Shown piece by piece: positions 45,501 to 56,663 of a stretch of DNA of 64,000 nucleotides. Under the pieces are notes generated by a model. It was not told where the DNA came from. It did not search any database and saw only the letters and a program-made list of their open reading frames with translations. This DNA comes from Styela clava. Its lineage: Eukaryota. The translations under genes were made by a program, and so were the position numbers. The first letter of the stretch is position 1; each line of letters starts with the position of its first letter. Where the stretch lies: NCBI RefSeq assembly GCF_964204865.1, contig NC_135256.1, forward strand, positions 11,284,001-11,348,000, given 5' to 3'.

Positions 45501-46388
45501 AAAGCGATTTTTTAATGATAATGACGAAAGAAAACAAGAGAGCTATGCTCAAATATATGGACACGTAGAGTCACATTAATTTGATGACGTCATAGCGAAA
45601 AAAAAAGTAATAGCCTTCTGGAGAAAATTTTTATCTTTAACCACTAAAAATTTCAAAGCAATTGGTCCAGTATTCGAAGAGAAAAGCGACTTTTTAAAAA
45701 CGTGTCAAGCGGTACTGAGTTAGCAGTCAGGCAGCATCTTACCTGTACACTGTAGGCCATATACGGTAATTGATCACAGAACAGAGTTCCCTCGCAAATT
45801 TTATGTTGTTTACACTTTAGGACAGATAATTGATCACAGAACAATTCTTCCCTTTCAAATTTTATGTTGTTTCCAGTAGACTCTCATCAAAATAAACAAA
45901 TATAGTAGGCTACAAGTGCTACAACGCTTGCATTACTGCACTGGTAGGACCGTGAAAGATTAAGTTACGGTAATTTCATTGTGGTAAGACACCGGTACCG
46001 GCACCAGTACCAGTATCGTACTTACGTACTGAGCTACCAGTACCGGTTAGCAGTCAGCCAGCATCTTACCTGTACACTGTAGGCCATATACGGTAATTGA
46101 TCACAGAACAGTTGTTCCCTTGCAAATTTTATGTTGTTTACACTTTAGGACAGATAATTGATCACAGAACAATTCTTCCCTTTCAAATTTTATGTTGTTT
46201 CCAGTAGACTCTCATCAAAATAAACAAATATAGTAGGCTACAAGTGCTACAACGCTTGCATTACTGCACTGGTAGGACCGTGAAAGAATAAGTTACGGTA
46301 ATTTCCTTGTGGTAAGACACCGGTACCGGCACCAGTACCAGTATCGTACTTACGTACTGAGCTACCAGTACCGGTACCGAACCTGTAG

Positions 46389-46924
46389 TAAAGGGAGAAA
46401 GAGATGAGATGCTGATGATGAGATATTGACTATCACCCTATATATTTAAGTTCTATTCCCGCGTTATTGTTTTGACACGCGTTATGGAATGTGACTCCAA
46501 TCTGGACTCCTTCAGACGATAATAAGCACACAGTGTTGATGCTAATCGTTGTTGTATATTATAGGAAGATGCACAATCCAAATTCCGAAAACAGATAAAA
46601 TTGAGACACACTCAACTCTTAACACAGTAAATCAGGAGTGAATCAAAACACATCACACTTAACGCAGTAAAACAGAAGTGGATCAAAACACATCACACCT
46701 AACGCAGTAAAAACAGAAGTGGATCCAAACACAATATTATGCAGCCCTCTCGGCAAGCCGGAACGATACGTCATCAAATTGGTCGATACGAGAAAGGCAG
46801 TACATGTAATCAGTAATCAGTGTTGCTACAATAAAATGACCTATTGTGGGAAATGGAACACACTATTAAAATGAAAGGGTTAAATACATTATAATTCATA
46901 GTTACACAATGCACATTCGCTACA
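46389..46924 (-). repeat. 3' LTR
   Basis: Direct repeat of 48950-49485; starts TGTAG on the minus strand; contains ~39-bp internal tandem repeats. Confidence 0.95.
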
Positions 46925-46936
46925 CAATTCCCCCTC
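46925..46936 (-). promoter_or_regulatory. Polypurine tract
   Basis: GAGGGGGAA(TTG) immediately 5' of the 3' LTR on the minus strand. Confidence 0.8.
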
Positions 46937-47781
46937 GACAGTAAAAAAATTAACTTGATAATTTTTTAAATTTTGGAGTCCGGCGGCCGAGAGATGAAGT
47001 GAAAGAAAACATAATAACACGAATTAATAAAAGATATTGGTACGATATGATGAGTGATGGTTAAGGTATACAAGAGAATATACGCCATTTACGAGAGAAA
47101 ACAAAATACGAGAAAAAAAAATTCAAAGGGTCTCTCTCTATGTTGCTTAGAAATGCTTAACATTTTAAAATGGAATTGTAACGAAATAGTAAACAAAATG
47201 GCGACAATACTTGAAAGAGGTACCTAAAAGAATGTGAAACACTTTGATGCTTAAAGGAAGGGCCCGAGAAGAAACAAATGGCGGATTTAGTACTTGAGAA
47301 TTACATCGAAATTGGTTTGGTGTTTAAGATTGTAAAATTGGCGTTAGAGGTTATTTGAAACAAAATAATAAGTAAGAAAAAATCCTGTAAATTGAATAAT
47401 GAGTAATTTGACAGATTATTGAACCATTGAATCCCTAAAATTGAACCTGAATCAAATTCTGTATGAAGTAAAAGAACTCATGATATCTAAAAAACAAGAC
47501 ATTGATTAATAACAAGTAATTACAGAATAGAAAACTGACACTACACAATTATTTTATTTGTATGTTTTTTTTCTGTTATATTTAAATTCTTATACTAAGG
47601 TGTTTTGATGTGGATAATAATAAGAGAAAAGTAATAAAATACAAAACGATTAAAGTGGAAAAAAACAAGATGATTAATAACGAGGCGACACATTGCGAGA
47701 TACACACCATATACAACTCGCAACGACCGCCGGAATCGAGTTGACTTAATGGGGTGGGGATAAATTAAAAGGTTGTTACAG

Positions 47782-48686
47782 TCAAACTTTCGACTCCATT
47801 TGAGCTTGGGTGCTCGCACTTGAGAAGTTGCTAGCATTTTCCATCGATTCATCGTCAATTTCGACATCGGATAACTGGTGTATTTCTTGTTGTTCGTTGA
47901 ATTGTACTACGGTTTGTCGTGGTATGCTGAGAAGTCGTTGTATTGGTTGCAGCAATCCATTTGTTAATGTACGGCGAACGGACATTCGGCAGTTTGGCAA
48001 GCTTCGATAGATGAAATAACCTATGTAAAGCAGGGGTACAACGAATAAAGCGTAAATGAGGCCGAATAGCGGCCACGCCTTTATGACGTAATCTGACAAT
48101 GTCTTGGCAGTTGTCATTTACGTTTAAAACAAAGCCATTGTATGCACAATAGACTTCGTTTGATTCAATGCAAGATTTCGTTAGTTGAGAAAAAGTTTCG
48201 AAGGTTTGCAATGATCGGTATTTCCAATCGGTAAGATTGCCCGATGCATTGTAATATAACAAGAATTCGGTAGTGCTGAATTTAGGAAAGTTGCGAGCTC
48301 TACAAGCTTTCGTATCTTCAACATTCCAAACAAATGTAAACACACCTTTCCGGCAAAAACCAGAATTGGGTGCGCATTGGCTGAGGTATTTGAACGTGTT
48401 TTTGGTTGCGCTTGACGAAGAACAGCCATTAAATGGTTCGCCAGTAGGTCGTTGTACGTTTACAAATCTTGGTATCAACATTTGTAAGAAGGGCAGATGT
48501 CTCGTAGATGTTTGCTGAACAATTCTTCATTGTATGAAGTTTGTGTCGGTTACAAATAGCTAGTTTGCGTATGTCGTAAGTCTGTCCATGTAACGATTTG
48601 TGACATAATTTCAGTGGTCCCTCAACGGCTTGCGTTCTTATACAAAGCATGACAAAGCAAAGTAATGTGTAGTGAAATATGGTCAT
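47782..48686 (-). pseudogene. Frameshifted env-like type I membrane glycoprotein (signal peptide, Cys-rich ectodomain, TM, acidic tail)
   Basis: Three overlapping minus-strand frames: 48429-48686 (MTIFHYTLLCFVMLC signal; NCS sequon), 47855-48481 (SQCAPNSGFCRKGVFTFVW; NAS and NLT sequons), 47782-48117 (WPLFGLIYALFVVPLLYIGYFIY TM). Located between the pol tail and the 3' LTR, the usual env position. Confidence 0.75.
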
Positions 48687-48829
48687 CAGATATCCATCTG
48701 AAATTCGCTTGATAGAATAAAGTCTTTGCTTAAATGGCGTGGGAGTTTTCTCAGCCTTCGCGGCCGATTTGACATTTGCGGAGACGGTCCCAGACGATGC
48801 GCTGAATTTGGAAAGGCTGCTGTCTTCAT
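48686..48829 (-). pseudogene. Remnant C-terminal tail of Gypsy-like pol/integrase
   Basis: 47-aa frame containing SNRPRRLRKLPRHLSKDFIL, similar to the RPxRxRxxPxxLxDY tail of Gypsy integrases; its stop overlaps the env ATG (TGATG). Confidence 0.5.
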
Positions 48830-48929
48830 TGTTGAATTACTGAATTGCCATCATGAAGTTGATTTTCCAGTGGTTGAATTGATTTTTCTAATTTGTTAAA
48901 TAGAATTTCCCAGCGGTTGCGTGTCTTTA

Positions 48930-48946
48930 CACGTCGGAGGTCATCA
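48930..48946 (-). promoter_or_regulatory. Primer binding site, tRNA-Trp-like
   Basis: TGATGACCTCCGACGTG, 3 nt after the 5' LTR; close to TGGTGACCCCGACGTG, the complement of the tRNA-Trp 3' end (one mismatch, one extra base). Confidence 0.75.
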
Positions 48947-48949
48947 AAA

Positions 48950-49485
48950 TATAGGGAGAAAGAGATGAGATGCTGATGATGAGATATTGACTATCACCCT
49001 ATATATTTAAGTTCTATTCCCGCGTTATTGTTTTGACACGCGTTATGGAATGTGACTCCAATCTGGACTCCTTCAGACGATAATAAGCACACAGTGTTGA
49101 TGCTAATCGTTGTTGTATATTATAGGAAGATGCACAATCCAAATTCCGAAAACAGATAAAATTGAGACACACTTAACTCTTAACACAGTAAATCAGGAGT
49201 GAATCAAAACACATCACACTTAACGCAGTAAAACAGAAGTGGATCAAAACACATCACACCTAACGCAGTAAAAACAGAAGTGGATCCAAACACAATATTA
49301 TGCAGCCCTCTCGGCAAGCCGGAACGATACGTCATCAAATTGGTCGATACGAGAAAGGCAGTACATGTAATCAGTAATCAGTGTTGCTACAATAAAATGA
49401 CCTATTGTGGGAAATGGAACACACTATTAAAATGAAAGGGTTAAATACATTATAATTCATAGTTACACAATGCACATTCGCTACA
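48950..49485 (-). repeat. 5' LTR
   Basis: Matches 46389-46924; I see only two substitutions by eye. Confidence 0.95.
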
Positions 49486-51397
49486 GTAGGTCTGATATTC
49501 CGTTCCGCATACGATAGGCTATAAAACTTGCATTGCAGCATTAGTAATACCGCGGAAGGAATAAGTCAATTTCACTGCGTTACGGCACCGGTATGGCAAC
49601 TTACCAGTACCGACCTACAGTAGCTGAAGTACTGAGCAAGACAATCGATCGCGAAACCGCTTGAAATAAGTGTAAAACAGTGTTCCCATGAGTAAATTTA
49701 AATACCGCGAAATTTTGTATGAAATATCATATCTCATAGGATTCATATAAAATTTAAGAATAAACAAAAGTAATAGCCTTCTAGCGAAAAAATTAATCTT
49801 TAACCACTGAGAATTTCAAAGCAATTGGTCCAGTATTCGAAGAGAAAAGCGACTTTTTAAAAACGTGTCAAAGAACAAGAACAAGAACAAGAACAACAAC
49901 AACAACAACAACAACAACATAATATTGAAACGATCGTTATGTCCACTACGTGTCCAATAACAATAACAACAAAATTTTGAAACGATCGTTATGGCCACTA
50001 AACGTGTCCAATAAATAAACGGCAGGTCTGGAGCTCGCGAAATTGCGGCAAGAACTTTTATTTCCATTAGACGTAACATTAGAGGCAAACATTACGTAAT
50101 GGGAAGTAAACGCCATAGAATGGTAAAATGAATGAATTGATTCATATACACAGCATTTAAATTAAGAAACAATAAAACAGGTATAATAAATGCAATATGT
50201 AAAATATTCAATCATATTTTAGGTATGTTTAACACAATTCTGTAAGTTTTCGCGGCGCATTCAGCAACTCCGCTACATTGGGAACCGCTACATTACATTG
50301 GTTTTCTTTATCAATTTATTGTTCCACTTTTTGGTGTTCCGCGAGGCGAGATCAAAAGTGTAAGTGTTCCATGGCCGAAAAAGTTTGGGAAACGCTGCTG
50401 TACAGTATAGGTGTTTTGGTTGCAAAATTGGTCAATGTGACTCATTAAAATTTTGTCTTTCTAGATATGGTAACAACAACAGCAACAGCAGTAACGGGAA
50501 CATGCTAATTGGTAATTTTCGTTCATTATGCTGGCTGAACGCCAAAGCGGGACTTTTTGCTGACCAGTCGGGACGCCGGGACAAGATGTTAAAAAGTGGG
50601 ACTGCCCCGCCCAAAATGGAACGTATGGTGAGCCAGCCCACGCGTGATAGATGTAGACCTATCCTGTATACTATGATGTAAATTGACATGCTTGTCCATC
50701 CAATTAATTCAAACAATAATCTATTGCACGTATATATGTCTATTTGCCTCAAAAATGTGACAGTATCTGCATAATAACTAAACACTATGAGAGAGTAGGC
50801 ATACCTGTTCAAGCCCTTGTTGGCAGTTACGCATTTCTGCGACATGCGCCCTTCACATGTGTAACTGCCTCAAGACCGCTGCGTTATAACAGGACAAACA
50901 AAAAAGAAAATATACAAATATCGTATGTTATTCAATTCGTTTATTACTCCAGACCGCTGTGGTCCATATGAAACATAAGGCGCACTATCGATAGTTTTGA
51001 GTGTAGGCAATATCGTATATATAGTAGGCCTACTACCTGATCAGTGGCGGCGCGTGGTTATTTTGACAACCGGGGCAAGCTACTGCGGGACCAAGTCACC
51101 CCCATCTACGGGGACAGGATGAGCGCTGTAAGTTCTCCCATCATTTTATGAGTATAAAAACCATTCCATCGGTAACAACCAATCGGCAAAAGCGACAATT
51201 TTTAACGATAAGAAAGTGTCTTTAAAACCGGTCCAAGTCAAGGGATTAATAAATATAGACATAGTTTATTTTGAAACCTCTTTCAAAAGGAAAGGCAATA
51301 TTTACCCAAATAAATACAATGACATATTAACAGAAACTTCGGGAAAGCAGACAAAACCTAAAATAAGATATATATAGATATATATGCTGCTAGACTT

Positions 51398-52110
51398 CTA
51401 CTGCTTGAACATATATGCAACACGCCGCGGTTTCTTGGAAGCAAAATGCTCAATAACGCGCTGATTAAAGTCATGCATCCCAGAAATAACATCTCTGTGA
51501 ATGGATAAAACAGCCGAGGAATTTAATCTATCTTGCTTCATTGTTTTCTGAGATACGTTTTGATACGCTTCAGCGTGCTGAATGTTCGCTCTGCGTCGGC
51601 GGAAGAAATAGGCGTCGTCAAAATGATGTCCAGAAATTTTGCAGACGCCGCAAAGGTAGTTTCTAGAGTGTTATCTATGAGGAACCCATAGAGCGCGCAA
51701 GTTGATGTGATGTTCAAAAAAGTTTGATTGGTGTATATACATCGCAATTCATTTTCCAATTTACCCACGTTTATCATGGGTATCCTATTTGATTCACCAG
51801 AATGTCACAGCATTCCTTTGCAGACAAAATCAAACGCTGCGTTGTTTGCCCGCGGCGTAAAGAAGCACTCCATGTGTCGTCGTATTTTATTGTTTCCCGG
51901 ATACGAGATACAGCATCGCAGAAGTCTGAAATACACGACTGCACAGACGCTCCATCCATTAGCCTTGACTGCAATGCGCCGTATAATACATCCACGTGAT
52001 AGAATATTGTGGAGAAAAAATGAAAACTCACCATCTTCTAGCAGACGCTTTAGACCTGCCGCCTCCCTCACAGAGCGTTCGTCCCAAACCGGATGTAACG
52101 TGCGTCTGAA
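51398..52110 (-). pseudogene. Degenerate hAT transposase (ZMYM1-like, C-terminal dimerisation domain)
   Basis: LTTPISSADAERTFSTLKRIKTYLR... and ...DRLNSSAVLSIHRD...FASKKPRR across frameshifts; hAT-like terminus CAGTGGCGGCGCGTG at 51042. Confidence 0.85.
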
Positions 52111-52406
52111 ATTACGGTGAAACTTTAGTACAATACACAAGACAGAGAAATACGGCACAGCCATGAATATGTACAATAGTCAGTTTATGGCACGTCCATG
52201 TTCCAGGTTGCGACGTGAAAGTAGGGTATAAATCGTCAATTGTTATGTGTTTATAATATTTATTACACGTAAAAAAGATTAGCTCGGGCAATGAACATAT
52301 GCGGGACATAAACTTACCAAAATACAACGTTCGGTGAAACCACGACGAAACGAAATTATTAGGTACCAATAAGGTCAAAATTTTGTAATTGACATAGCCT
52401 ATAGGG

Positions 52407-54022
52407 CAGTGGTCGGCAACCACCGGGCCGCGGCCCATTGCCGGTCCGCGGAAAGGTTACTACCGGTCCGCAGAAAGGTGACACAAAGACGGACAAGGCT
52501 CAAATAACACCTCAACGATCGAACAACCACAACTAAAAAACATCACCCAATAGCAAAGCAGACAAATACAACGCATCTGAGCAGTATGTCTGACTTCATA
52601 AATAATTTTCGATGACATCACATTTGAACCCATACATTTGCACCCGGATATCCACGGGTTCAATCTATATGTTGGTGCCAAAATCCATGGGTTGGGGCGT
52701 GAATATATACTACTACGGGTTAGGGTTAGTATGGGTTCAAATATCCGTAGGTGCATTTTTCCAAGGGGGTCCCGCAGGGGTTCACGAAAAGATTTCCAGG
52801 GGTACTTGGAAGGCAGTCGAGTTTTTGTGTGTTGTTGTTTTTAATATCTTTTATTACTACCAGAGGAAAAAGCGTGTCAATTGAAACGTAGTTTTTCACG
52901 GATCTTTATTCTTGCGTTATTGTGATTGTGACGCACCAATGTGGAATTCACGGCTTTGCAGGCAAACTGAAATCTCTAAGACAGCGTGCAACTAGCATTG
53001 GAGAAAGTGGTTTTGCTTATTAAAACTTGGAAAGATTTTAAGAATTCATGAGTTAGGCAGACGACAAAGGCAATATTATCAACGCGAGGATTTAATTTAG
53101 TTACATATGGTCAATAAATTGTTGTTGCAACAAATTGTTATTCAATACATCCAGGGTTACCATATGGCTGTATGGTGCTTATTCCTAGGATTGGAGCTTA
53201 TTTTCTAGCCCACGTCTTATAACGATGTGCTTATTTCTGAGAAAAGTGTTTTCAGTTCTGTTCTAATTTGGTCTCAGAAACATGAATGAATGGTTCATGT
53301 TTTGCGTACAAAGCTTTCAGGAAAACCTCCGCCTTTTGGTGGCCTTTTGCTGCATGCAACCTTGTTCGAAACGACTTCTAATAAAATAAAAAAAACTCTC
53401 AACTTCTCAAGTACCATCTCCCCCCAAATAACCTTTTGACACCCGTGCTTATTTTTGGCTCTGGGTAGATGGTAACCCTGAATATATCACAACTTTGTTC
53501 CATGCCTGATTACAGGGGTTCGCGTTGCTTGCTTAGTGACTCGAACAGTTCTTGATAGAAAAAAGGTTGGGGACCCCTGGTCTAGACTCTAAATAAGATG
53601 TCCTAAACAAAATGATTCTCGCTAACAACGTGACTGTTGGACTTGTAACCGTACGTGACGGCAACGAAATTTGTCCAGTTTGCGACCTTTGTCATACTAA
53701 GCTCTCAATGCGGCAATGAATTCTTAGAAACTTCTTTGAACAATAGGATGGTCTTGTCAACACCGAAATAGGCTGGACGTAAGCAACATATTATGTGTAT
53801 CACTATCGACCATGACTTCCAATGGGGAACAGTCAATGGGCAGCAAACAAATGCAGATCTCGATTAAATATAGCATCACTTTTGTTTTCGAATATGGTAA
53901 ACAAATTTTTTAACTCGTAATATGCTTATAACTGTATCTAAGTTTGTTTGTATAGAAGTGGTCCGCCAAAATATTTGTCAAGCATTATCGGTCCGTCACT
54001 TAAAAAAGGTTGCCGACCACTG
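52407..54022. mobile_element. hAT MITE with nested insertions
   Basis: TIR CAGTGGTCGGCAACC / GGTTGCCGACCACTG; perfect TSD CTATAGGG. Confidence 0.9.
53152..53480. mobile_element. hAT (Blackjack-like) MITE
   Basis: TIR CAGGGTTACCAT / ATGGTAACCCTG; TSD AATACATC/AATATATC. Confidence 0.8.
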
Positions 54023-54157
54023 CTATAGGGTATAGAAATACTTTGTTAAATTCCGTCGTTAATCGTACATCGAATAAGAAGAATGGTGAGTCTAGCATAA
54101 GATAGAGTTCAATTAATTAGACACCATTGAATGGAATTTATATTGAATGATCTATAG

Positions 54158-54477
54158 CAGGGCTACTCAACTGGCGGACCGCGGTCCGAATCTGGACCAT
54201 TCGCGTACTCGATTCGGACCGCGACTAATTCTTTATTTTGGATCATGAGCCCCACTTTTGAAGTTTTTCTTTTATAAAATCACTTTTATAGATTTAAATA
54301 TATATGAAATGAACTATAACGCAATAATAAACAATTTTGATTAGCTAATATTCATAAGTCGGTCGAGGAAGTGCGGGTTTATTAAGGATGCCCAAATATA
54401 ATTTCTGAAAAGACCGGACCCAAATATTTTTGAAGTTTTGTATGCGAATATTCGGTAAAAATAGTTGAGTAGCCCTG
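54158..54477. mobile_element. hAT MITE
   Basis: TIR CAGGGCTACTCAACT / AGTTGAGTAGCCCTG; perfect TSD ATCTATAG; a truncated second copy is at ~43590-43885. Confidence 0.9.
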
Positions 54478-55778
54478 ATCTATAGTTTATATAAGCGACT
54501 TTCCATTAAAGGAACTGTATAAAGCTTGACAGGAAGGAAGGAAAAATATCAGTGATTGACCTGGACTTGTTTCCCGATCAATGGAAGTTTATTGCCTCCA
54601 CGATGAGGTACAGTATTTTTCATCTCCTAATATTTATTCATGTAAATTGTACTGGGTGGTGACTGGTGACCGACGCTTATCGTTACCACGCAATCATTTA
54701 CCGAAAACATTGAACGCTTATTTTGCCTATATATATATACACACAATTTTTTTGAGGTTTGAGAAAAGCAATAAATCCTCTCCTTCAATGTAGCAATCTT
54801 CTGCTGATGAAAACTATGAGTGCGAATTTAATGGTCGTATTGATTCCTCCAATCTGCACCGACATTGTTTTTGAAGCTTAATTTCGAATCCACGGATAAT
54901 TACATTCACATACAGACATTTGCAATTAGTAATATCAATTGCAACCCCGCACCCGATTCAATTGGATTTCCGTCCAACATCTTAGTTCAAACAAAACCTC
55001 GAACTGGGTGAAAAACAAAACGTAACAAGTAGAACAAGTGTCCCAAACAACTGATGCAGATTCAGGTATTTAATTTCACCGTGCACGAATAAATGTAAAG
55101 CAATAAACGCACAACTGATTCGACATAAACGTCGCTTGCCAAGCGAGGTAGTTTTTTGTCGTTCTTTATTTCCAATCAGGTTTCTTGCTTCGCCAGAAAG
55201 TCGGTGTACGATTTATAATTGCACTACGTTTGATTTATTCCAATGAATGAAGATCACCGACAAAGCCGAATGTGCGACATGATTATATCTTGTAATTACT
55301 GTAAAAACGTAGCGACCGCCGCCAAGATTATACTTAGTTTTCAGTTTATCTTGATTTCCAATAACTTAACACAAATACTCGCGAGTAAAGTTGAATGTGC
55401 GTGAAAATCAGCGGTGAGATTCAGGGGGTTCGTGCGAAACCCATTCTTAGAATGACGTGTAGTCAGCCAACCCGCTACTAGTGCAAATGTCCATAGGTGC
55501 CAATGGATGCAGGTACAAATATCCACGAGTGCAATGTAAAATGTTCGTGGTTGCACCTGGGTGAAAATGCTTACGAGTACAAATGTCCACGGGTGAAAAC
55601 GCAAGATTATGGGCATCATTAACAATCCCTGAGCTGCAATCAATTGCCAGTGATAAATCGGATAAAACTATCAATCACTCATACAATATTTTATACAAAT
55701 TGAACAAATCACATAAAAATATAAGTATCTTTTATTAAATTATATATAATCAAAAAAAGTTTGTTAATTCGAGGTTAA

Positions 55779-56663
55779 TCAAGCAGGTTGAACAGGCATG
55801 GTCAAAGTCAATATCTTTGTATTAACATTGAATTGTGAACCACATTCCTCTTGTATTAATTTATATGGGAGATACACGTCCAATTCATACAAATGTGGTT
55901 TTACTGACATCACTAGTCTGTCTTCCCCAACATCAACAGAAATTGCTTTCGCTCGACTCGCTTTTGGTAGTTCGATCTCAGCTATAAGATACTGTGGATG
56001 ACCTTCCTCTGGTTCTCGTAGGATTCTCAATTTAGGCTTCTCTGCAACTGGAGTTGGAACTGCAGATGAAGAGCCATGTACTTCTTGGATGAGGCGTTTT
56101 TTACGCATATATTGTTCTTGCAAGCTTCCGACAACTTTTTTTCGTTTCAGTAAAATCCATTTTCGATCGAGTTCTACCTCGTATTTATTGAAAATGCCCT
56201 CGATTACAACGCTCATGAAGAAACCAAGGAATATTTCATTATCCCTGATCTTTTGCAAATAAGCAGGATTAATTATAATATCATAAGCTGTGCATCCAGT
56301 ATTTTTCTTATCCAGTTCTGCATGTGGTTCACCAATACTCATTGGAACCCTGTAGTCAACTACTGCATTTTCATCATCAAGCAGATAAATAAGCTCTTTT
56401 AATCTTGACTCTGTTATATCTGAAGGAGCTGGAACATTACTAGATGTACAAACATTGATAAATACTTTTGTAGATGTTTTCATATCTTTGGTTTTAATAC
56501 AACAACCAGGAGTGGGCGTTACTTTTTCTTGAAGACTTTGAAGTTCTTCTAGCTGCTGCTTGTGTTCGGGTGTCGCTTGTTGCAAAAACTGTTGGTACAT
56601 GTCTGCCAGTTCCTCATCACTGGGTGCTGGTTCTTGATCAACAAGAGGCTCATTCAAATTCAT
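55779..56663 (-). CDS. PIH1D1: PIH1 domain-containing protein 1 (R2TP complex), single coding exon
   Basis: 294 aa; PTPGCCIKT...KVFINVC, YRVPMSIGEPHAELDK, and a C-terminal CS domain (LTLTMPV). Confidence 0.92.
   Translation of the reverse strand: MNLNEPLVDQEPAPSDEELADMYQQFLQQATPEHKQQLEELQSLQEKVTPTPGCCIKTKDMKTSTKVFINVCTSSNVPAPSDITESRLKELIYLLDDENAVVDYRVPMSIGEPHAELDKKNTGCTAYDIIINPAYLQKIRDNEIFLGFFMSVVIEGIFNKYEVELDRKWILLKRKKVVGSLQEQYMRKKRLIQEVHGSSSAVPTPVAEKPKLRILREPEEGHPQYLIAEIELPKASRAKAISVDVGEDRLVMSVKPHLYELDVYLPYKLIQEECGSQFNVNTKILTLTMPVQPA

Larger units (their letters stand above)
46389..49485 (-). mobile_element. Non-autonomous LTR retroelement (Gypsy-like) carrying an env-like gene
   Basis: Two 536-bp LTRs, TSD GTAG (46385-46388, 49486-49489), PBS and PPT in the correct minus-strand positions; 2025-bp internal region without gag/RT ORFs. 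Confidence 0.93.
45340..50014 (-). mobile_element. Helentron-associated (HINE/DINE-1-like) non-autonomous element
   Basis: Minus-strand 5' TTATTGGACACG sub-TIR, (GTT)n microsatellite, 3' CGTGTCCA sub-TIR + short hairpin GAGCATAGCTC + TCTTGTTTT. The 3' end is tandemly duplicated (191-bp period) and there is an internal 327-bp duplication. Confidence 0.7.
44338..50397. mobile_element. hAT MITE split by nested insertions
   Basis: TIRs CAGCGTTTCCCAA / TTGGGAAACGCTG and perfect 8-bp TSD CTGTACAG (44330-44337, 50398-50405), 6 kb apart. Confidence 0.88.

Noticed and set aside
46615-46735. ~39-bp repeats x3 that superficially resemble a CRISPR array (also at ~49180-49290)
   Set aside because: Head-to-tail tandem repeats without unique spacers, inside a eukaryotic LTR; no cas genes.
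45653-50088. ORFs ending DTFLKSRFSLRILDQLL (45653-45844, 49816-50088)
   Set aside because: They derive from repeated core sequence of the Helentron-like element and the (AAC)n microsatellite.
43904-50640. An additional outer hAT-Blackjack element enclosing the TE nest
   Set aside because: The left end TAGGGTTGCCA and the right-hand remnant near 50630 are not matching TIRs, and no TSD was found.
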